Shown: one piece after another, positions 1 to 4,167 of the stretch
Layout of the letters: every line of letters begins with the position of its first letter
Numbering within the stretch: the stretch's first letter is position 1
Assembly: GCA_028275775.1 (NCBI GenBank)
Contig: JAPWTZ010000016.1
Location: 1 to 9,587, forward strand
Direction of reading: 5' to 3'
From: Candidatus Nanopusillus sp.
Lineage (GTDB): Archaea; Nanobdellota; Nanobdellia; Nanobdellales; Nanobdellaceae
Length of the DNA stretch: 9,587 nt
The notes under the pieces: generated by a model
Database searches by the model: none
What the model was told of the DNA's origin: nothing
What the model saw: only the letters and a program-made list of their open reading frames with translations
Translations under genes and position numbers: made by a program

Positions 1-510
1 TGTTAAATTTAATAATTGACCATTTGATGATACTACTCCTACTGCTGGCATGTAGTTTGAACCTGATCCAAAGTTATTAAATGTTATTTGATCTGATGCT
101 GGTTGTACATATGCTTCATATGTATAACTTTGTCCATTTATTTGGAATGATCCTGATCCTACTTGTAATACTGGATATACACTATTTATATTACTACCTA
201 AGTAAAGAGGTGCTTGTGATGAGTAAAGTGGATATACACCAGATGGAACTTGAGATACACTTGTTGAACTTACATTAACTGTTACATTTTGAGTTGATGG
301 TACTGTAAATGTTTCCAAAGCTGCAATTATGTTTGAGGCCCCTACAACATCTGCTGCATTGGCATTTGCTCCTACTACTACTGTCCATGATGTTGGTTGT
401 GATTTCATAGACTGTGCTAATTGACCTATTGTTGGTGCTCCTTGAGAATATGCTGCTACTCCCAATATTCCTAATGCTCCCAAAACTGCTAAGGTCTTAC
501 CTCTCATCAT
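1..510 (-). CDS. S-layer / surface glycoprotein precursor, N-terminal 170 codons (3' end lies beyond the left window edge)
   Basis: Missing from the ORF track because there is no stop codon inside the window. My reverse-complement translation from ATG 510..508 stays open for all 170 codons down to position 1: MMRGKTLAVLGALGILGVAAYSQGAPTIGQLAQSMKSQPTSWTVVVGANANAADVVGASNIIAALETFTVPSTQNVTVNVSSTSVSQVPSG...NGQLLNLT. It has a textbook Sec signal peptide (MMRGK, then a hydrophobic core, then YSQG/AP). The VVVGxxAxAADVVGAxxIxAAL motif is the one I know from archaeal S_layer_N domains (Methanococcales/Thermococcales-type S-layer proteins). Composition is rich in S/T/G/V/A, and there are three N-x-S/T sequons (NVT, NVS, NLT). 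An in-frame ATG at 552..550 would add 14 codons (MEKGYKGKNPYRYF), and a stop lies two codons upstream of that. Confidence 0.7.
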   Translation of the reverse strand, partial: MMRGKTLAVLGALGILGVAAYSQGAPTIGQLAQSMKSQPTSWTVVVGANANAADVVGASNIIAALETFTVPSTQNVTVNVSSTSVSQVPSGVYPLYSSQAPLYLGSNINSVYPVLQVGSGSFQINGQSYTYEAYVQPASDQITFNNFGSGSNYMPAVGVVSSNGQLLNLT

Positions 511-572
511 AAAATATCTATATGGATTTTTTCCCTTATATCCTTTTTCCATGATTTATTTAATTATGATAG

Positions 573-590
573 AATTTAAAAGGTTTTCGA
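573..590 (-). promoter_or_regulatory. Candidate BRE/TATA for the S-layer gene
   Basis: The minus strand reads TCGAAAACCTTTAAATTCT. TTTAAATT (plus 573-580) is preceded by a purine-rich BRE-like GAAAAC. The TATA centre lies about 26 nt upstream of the ATG at 552, which would give a leaderless mRNA. A second, weaker TATA-like GATATAAG (plus 534-541) sits about 27 nt upstream of the ATG at 510, so the true start is unresolved. In DNA this AT-rich, TATA-like strings arise easily by chance. Confidence 0.3.
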
Positions 591-642
591 TTTTTGATTA
601 AAATTAATTATAACCAATAAGTAACAACTCTATTATCAAGTT

Positions 643-656
643 AAAATATCAAAAAA
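643..656 (-). terminator. Oligo-T tract downstream of membrane-protein paralog A
   Basis: On the minus strand, immediately after the TAA stop (664..662), the sequence reads AATTA-TTTTTT-GATA-TTTT. Archaeal intrinsic termination typically uses T-tracts. The signal is weak against the AT-rich background. Confidence 0.25.
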
Positions 657-661
657 TAATT

Positions 662-1342
662 TTATAATTCTTTAGCCTTCAATAGTGCTACCAATGTTAC
701 TGTTGGTACCACAAATATAGTTAGTAAAATGAAAAATATTGCCATTCCATAATTTATTGAAATTGTTAACGCATATATTACATATATAATAGCCAATATT
801 ACTGATGCAATTATCGTGTATAATAGTATATATGCAAATAATATCAACGATTTTTCAAAATATATTGATAATTTATTTACTTTTCCTAAAATAGATCCAT
901 AGAATGTATATAGAAGTAGTATACTCAATATTATTGATATTATAATAATTGCCCATCCAATAATTATTAATGTTGGATTATATGATACATATTGATAACC
1001 TGTTAATCCAAATAGATTCATATATCCAGCTGATGCTAAAGATCCAACTGATACTGAAGTAATACCATTTAAAATAAATATTATTCCTATAGATGCTAAT
1101 AGATTTGGTATTAATAATGATAAAAATGATGTTTTATAATCTGGATTAATATTTTCTCCTGTAACTTTTGAATAATACCAGGATACTACACTTGGATAGA
1201 AATATGAATATATTATTACCCCCAATATTGGTAATGCTATAGATAAGAACCCCAGCACTGCTGCTGAAATAACAAATAATATACTATCTGCAAAATTTTT
1301 TCTCATATACTCAAAAGCCTTTTTATATATGTCTACTACCAT
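662..1342 (-). CDS. Uncharacterised polytopic membrane protein, paralog A (226 aa, about 5 TM segments)
   Basis: A 226-codon ORF in DNA where stop codons should occur roughly every 11 codons by chance. It has long hydrophobic segments. It shares these motifs with the adjacent gene: LPIxGxIIxSYxYP, WYYSKVTGENINPD(Y/H)KTSFLSLLIPNLL, YGSILGKVNKLSI and C-terminal LLKAKEL. A TATA-like TTTTTATATC lies about 24 nt upstream of the ATG. I recognise no enzymatic motif. The resemblance to DUF975/DUF4013-type small membrane proteins is only vague. Confidence 0.8.
   Translation of the reverse strand: MVVDIYKKAFEYMRKNFADSILFVISAAVLGFLSIALPILGVIIYSYFYPSVVSWYYSKVTGENINPDYKTSFLSLLIPNLLASIGIIFILNGITSVSVGSLASAGYMNLFGLTGYQYVSYNPTLIIIGWAIIIISIILSILLLYTFYGSILGKVNKLSIYFEKSLILFAYILLYTIIASVILAIIYVIYALTISINYGMAIFFILLTIFVVPTVTLVALLKAKEL
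863..901 (-). repeat. Identity block 1, copy A (39 nt, 100% identical to 1556-1594)
   Basis: Direct read: tattgataatttatttacttttcctaaaatagatccata occurs at both 863-901 and 1556-1594, an offset of 693. It encodes YGSILGKVNKLSI in both paralogs with no synonymous differences. Confidence 0.9.
1101..1180 (-). repeat. Identity block 2, copy A (80 nt, 79/80 identical to 1821-1900)
   Basis: Direct read: agatttggtattaataatgataaaaatgatgttttat[a/g]atctggattaatattttctcctgtaacttttgaataatacca occurs at 1101-1180 and 1821-1900, an offset of 720. The single mismatch (1138 against 1858) is nonsynonymous (Tyr/His). It encodes WYYSKVTGENINPD(Y/H)KTSFLSLLIPNL. Confidence 0.9.
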
Positions 1343-1372
1343 AAATAATAGATTTTAAAAAGATATAAAAAA

Positions 1373-2065
1373 TTACAATTCCTTAGCTTTTAGTAGTAAT
1401 ATTAGATTTAATGCTGGATATACAATCATTATATTTAAAATTATTACAATTATACTTCCCAATAAAGGTATTTTACCAATTATTAATAATATTATATCAG
1501 CAATAATATAAAATAAAAGCCAGTATGCAAATAATGTTAAGGACTTCTCAGCATCTATTGATAATTTATTTACTTTTCCTAAAATAGATCCATAAATACT
1601 ATATAATAATAATAACCACATTATTCCACTAACTATTATTATAATTATACCAATAACTATTCCTAAAAGAACATATGGAAGAAGATGGAAATTAGATAAA
1701 CTCATTAATATTAATTGTTGTAGATTATTGATATTCAATATATTTGTAAAAGTTAATCCTAGCTGTACTAAAATACTAACTAATACTACTAATATTATGG
1801 TTATACCAATAGAAAATAATAGATTTGGTATTAATAATGATAAAAATGATGTTTTATGATCTGGATTAATATTTTCTCCTGTAACTTTTGAATAATACCA
1901 TTTAGTTAATCTTGGATAAAGATATGAAAATATAATTGCTCCTATTATTGGTAATAAAAATAATAGACCCTGTAATATATAAAATAATATACCATATATT
2001 ATACTCTCTATTATATGATCCTTTACTAAATCAATAGATTTTTTATATGTTTCTAAAAGACCCAT
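1373..2065 (-). CDS. Uncharacterised polytopic membrane protein, paralog B (230 aa)
   Basis: A 230-codon ORF in tandem with, and on the same strand as, paralog A, separated by a 30-nt spacer. It has the same conserved motif set and the same C-terminal LLKAKEL. The central roughly 50 residues cannot be aligned with paralog A. It has its own TATA-like TTTTAAAT about 24 nt upstream of the ATG. Confidence 0.8.
   Translation of the reverse strand: MGLLETYKKSIDLVKDHIIESIIYGILFYILQGLLFLLPIIGAIIFSYLYPRLTKWYYSKVTGENINPDHKTSFLSLLIPNLLFSIGITIILVVLVSILVQLGLTFTNILNINNLQQLILMSLSNFHLLPYVLLGIVIGIIIIIVSGIMWLLLLYSIYGSILGKVNKLSIDAEKSLTLFAYWLLFYIIADIILLIIGKIPLLGSIIVIILNIMIVYPALNLILLLKAKEL
1556..1594 (-). repeat. 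Identity block 1, copy B
   Basis: See 863-901. Identical 39-mer. Confidence 0.9.
1821..1900 (-). repeat. Identity block 2, copy B
   Basis: See 1101-1180. 79/80 identical. Confidence 0.9.
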
Positions 2066-2095
2066 AAGAATTTTTCTTAATAAAAATTTAAAATA

Positions 2096-3619
2096 TTATC
2101 TTTTTGCAAACTTTATACCCTTCTTTTCATATTCAATAATATCGATTAACATTTCATCCTCATTTTTATATTCTTTCTTTAATAAAAATCTTGCAGATAA
2201 ATAACTTATACCCTTACCAGCATAAATAAATACAAATTTTTTACCATAATTTCTTAATAATTCAGCAGTTATATTTAATTTTTTCTCATCTTCCAAATCT
2301 TTTTCACTTTTTGCAACACCAAAATATTGACCTCCACATTTTTTACATTTAAATTTTTCATTATAATCCTTTACTTTTATTTTATATTTTGTTCCACATG
2401 CCATACAAACGAATATTAATTCTGTATTTTCAATTCTTTCCTTTACCAACTTTAATACTTCTCTCCATTTATCAGAAATCAATACATCTGATACATATTC
2501 TTCCAATCCTAAAATTGCTAAGGGAGATATATTTTCTCTATCAATAATATTTACCTTTATTTTTCTTTCCTTTATTTTCTTTAATATCATCTTTAAATTT
2601 TTTAAATCCAATTTTTCAATAAATAATTCATTTAATGTTTCTTTATATACTGGTGTATTTATTAAATGATCTAAAATTCTTCTTAAAGTAGATTTTGAAT
2701 AATCTGCATCCTTTCTAATTACTCCAAATCTTTTTGCAACATGAGAAAATTTCCATAAAAACAGATCTGTATTAACTATTGCCTTTTCCAATATATTTTC
2801 AACATTATCTAAATCAATATTTTCAATTACTTCCTTAATATTTTCCTTTGTAATATATCCAGCCTTTAACATTATTCTATATGGATCTGTTTTTATCCCA
2901 ACAACAATTCCATATTTTTCGGATAATATTTCAGAAATTAATCTTGATAATGCATCATTTATTTTAGTTCCAAATGGAGAATGAATAATAAACCAGTCCC
3001 TATATTGTTCAATATAAATATTATCTTTATTTGGATAAAAATATAATTCTTGATTTTTTAATTCATCAAAATTTAATAAATCTCTTTTTATTTCTTGTGC
3101 TTCCTGTGCAACCTCCAATGGAACAGGTAATAATTCACCTTCCCAGGAAGGTATTGCAGATTCGAAATCTTTTTCTAATCCAACCAAAATTTTGTTTTTT
3201 TCAACTTTTTCAATCTTCCATGGTAAACCCCTTAATATAAATATTGTACCAGGATTTCCATGTTTTGCAACAAATTCTTCATGTAATATACCAATTTTTT
3301 GACCAGTTGTTATATCATATACATCATATGATTTTTCATCAGGTATCATTGAAATATTATCTAAAAAATAAAATAATCCTTTTCTTGTCTTAATTAATTT
3401 TTTATTTTCTTTATCATATATTAAAATCTTTATTGAATCTAAGAAATTTATTATTTCTAAAAATTCTTCATATGTTAAATCTTTATATATATAAGATCTT
3501 TTTATTGTATTCCAAACAATATCAATATTAACTTCTCCATATTCCAAAGTCATCCCTACAATTTGATTTGCTAATACATCTAAAGCATTATAATGTATTT
3601 CAGGTTTTTCAAGTTTCAT
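2096..3619 (-). CDS. Lhr-type (COG1201) helicase, stand-alone C-terminal half: winged helix, DEAD_assoc/domain 4, Cys4 zinc ribbon and C-terminal tail. No RecA helicase core.
   Basis: The ORF track starts at a TTG (3640). I prefer the ATG at 3619 (MKLEKPEIHYNALDVLANQIVGM...), which has a TATA-like TTTATATA (3652..3645) about 29 nt upstream. Family motifs recognised by eye: ALDVLANQIVGM (compare PLDVLAQQIV at the start of the Lhr winged-helix domain), IPDEKSYDVYDITTGQKIGILHEEFV...GTIFILRGLPWKIEKVEKNKILV, AIPSWEGELLPVP, and a zinc ribbon CMAC-x16-CKKC (nt 2336-2407). Walker A, DEAH and motif VI are absent anywhere in the ORF. Confidence 0.8.
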   Translation of the reverse strand: MKLEKPEIHYNALDVLANQIVGMTLEYGEVNIDIVWNTIKRSYIYKDLTYEEFLEIINFLDSIKILIYDKENKKLIKTRKGLFYFLDNISMIPDEKSYDVYDITTGQKIGILHEEFVAKHGNPGTIFILRGLPWKIEKVEKNKILVGLEKDFESAIPSWEGELLPVPLEVAQEAQEIKRDLLNFDELKNQELYFYPNKDNIYIEQYRDWFIIHSPFGTKINDALSRLISEILSEKYGIVVGIKTDPYRIMLKAGYITKENIKEVIENIDLDNVENILEKAIVNTDLFLWKFSHVAKRFGVIRKDADYSKSTLRRILDHLINTPVYKETLNELFIEKLDLKNLKMILKKIKERKIKVNIIDRENISPLAILGLEEYVSDVLISDKWREVLKLVKERIENTELIFVCMACGTKYKIKVKDYNEKFKCKKCGGQYFGVAKSEKDLEDEKKLNITAELLRNYGKKFVFIYAGKGISYLSARFLLKKEYKNEDEMLIDIIEYEKKGIKFAKR

Positions 3620-3640
3620 GATTATTATATTTATAACCAA

Positions 3641-3653
3641 GTTATATATAAAT
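3641..3653 (-). promoter_or_regulatory. Candidate TATA box for the Lhr C-terminal gene
   Basis: The minus strand reads ATTTATATATAAC, centred about 29 nt upstream of ATG 3619. This implies a leaderless or near-leaderless transcript. AT-rich background caveat applies. Confidence 0.3.
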
Positions 3654-3681
3654 ATGTTATCTGGATTATTCTATATAAAGA

Positions 3682-3694
3682 TCTATAAAAATTT
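3682..3694 (+). promoter_or_regulatory. Candidate TATA box for the 151-aa gene
   Basis: TCTATAAAAATTT, centred about 25 nt upstream of ATG 3712. There is no SD-like sequence. A second TATA-like CTATATAAAG at 3671-3680 is roughly palindromic and could serve either direction. Confidence 0.3.
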
Positions 3695-3711
3695 TTATTA
3701 ATAACCAATGA

Positions 3712-4167
3712 ATGATAACAACATCAGAGGGATTAGATGAAATAATGAGATGCATAGATAAAAACATTGGAAGAGTTTCTTTATATACAATTAAACAATT
3801 ATTAGCTAGTAAAGGAGTATATGATTATACAGATGGAACATCTACCATTAATTATAAAAATAGAGATACGATAGAATATAAAAAGTACATAATAGGTATG
3901 AGCATTGTTGATTTTCTTTATGTAGAAGGTGGATGCAATTTACCAATACAGACTACATATTCACTTAATAAAAATGTATATATAGAAATTGCAAATAAAG
4001 TTTTAAAAAGATTAGAAGACAATAGCATAATAAAAATAAGAGAAAATTATATCATAATAATAAAAGATTCTTTTAATATCGCAAAAGAACTTGAAAGAAA
4101 ACATGGGATACCATGGAAAGATGCTTACGATATTATTGAAGGAATAAAAAGAAAAAGGAATTATTAA
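3712..4167 (+). CDS. Hypothetical protein, 151 aa (soluble, lysine-rich; possibly winged-helix-like)
   Basis: A 151-codon ORF in stop-rich DNA with a plausible TATA at about -25. I recognise no family. The segments GRVSLYTIKQLLASKG and IANKVLKRLEDNSIIKIRENYIII look like HTH/wing elements, but this is only a guess. Confidence 0.6.
   Translation: MITTSEGLDEIMRCIDKNIGRVSLYTIKQLLASKGVYDYTDGTSTINYKNRDTIEYKKYIIGMSIVDFLYVEGGCNLPIQTTYSLNKNVYIEIANKVLKRLEDNSIIKIRENYIIIIKDSFNIAKELERKHGIPWKDAYDIIEGIKRKRNY

Noticed and set aside
24-96. C/D-box sRNA-like strings on the plus strand (TGATGA at 25-30, CTGA at 63-66 and 93-96; also GTGATGA at 216-222)
   Set aside because: They are the complements of the Ser/Gln/Ile codons (TCA TCA, TCA GAT) of the S-layer frame. 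The box spacing does not give a C/D'/C'/D layout, there is no terminal stem, and the GTGATGA at 216 has no downstream CTGA.
81-278. 65-aa plus-strand ORF from the track
   Set aside because: It lies entirely antisense to the much longer, motif-bearing S-layer reading frame. The peptide is low-complexity and hydrophobic with no motifs. It is a shadow ORF.
1-510. Higher-G+C island as horizontally acquired DNA
   Set aside because: The shift coincides exactly with a secreted protein rich in Gly/Ala/Ser/Thr/Val/Pro. Amino-acid composition explains it without invoking transfer. There are no flanking repeats, integrase or tRNA.
1343-2095. The two 30-nt spacers upstream of the paralogs as part of the duplicated or converted unit
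   Set aside because: They are the same length (30 nt), but the sequences are not alignable beyond generic A/T richness. The identity blocks are confined to coding sequence.
3031-3240. 69-aa plus-strand ORF. The same applies to 4478-4690 (-), 6238-6423 (-), 7527-7727 (-) and 8802-9014 (+).
   Set aside because: All are nested inside, antisense to or out of frame with long ORFs that have recognisable family motifs. None has a promoter-like context or any motif. They are treated as spurious.
2096-3619. Lhr fragment as a pseudogene or decay remnant
   Set aside because: A frame of about 507 codons without a stop is not credible as neutral sequence at this base composition, where I expect a stop roughly every 11 codons. 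All C-terminal domains, including the Cys4 ribbon, are intact.
3620-3640. TTG start (MVINIII-) proposed by the ORF track for the Lhr fragment
   Set aside because: The seven extra residues are hydrophobic filler. The best TATA-like box would be only about 8 nt upstream of the TTG but about 29 nt upstream of the ATG at 3619. Family homology begins after the ATG. I kept it as an alternative because a second TATA-like element at 3671-3680 could in principle serve the TTG.
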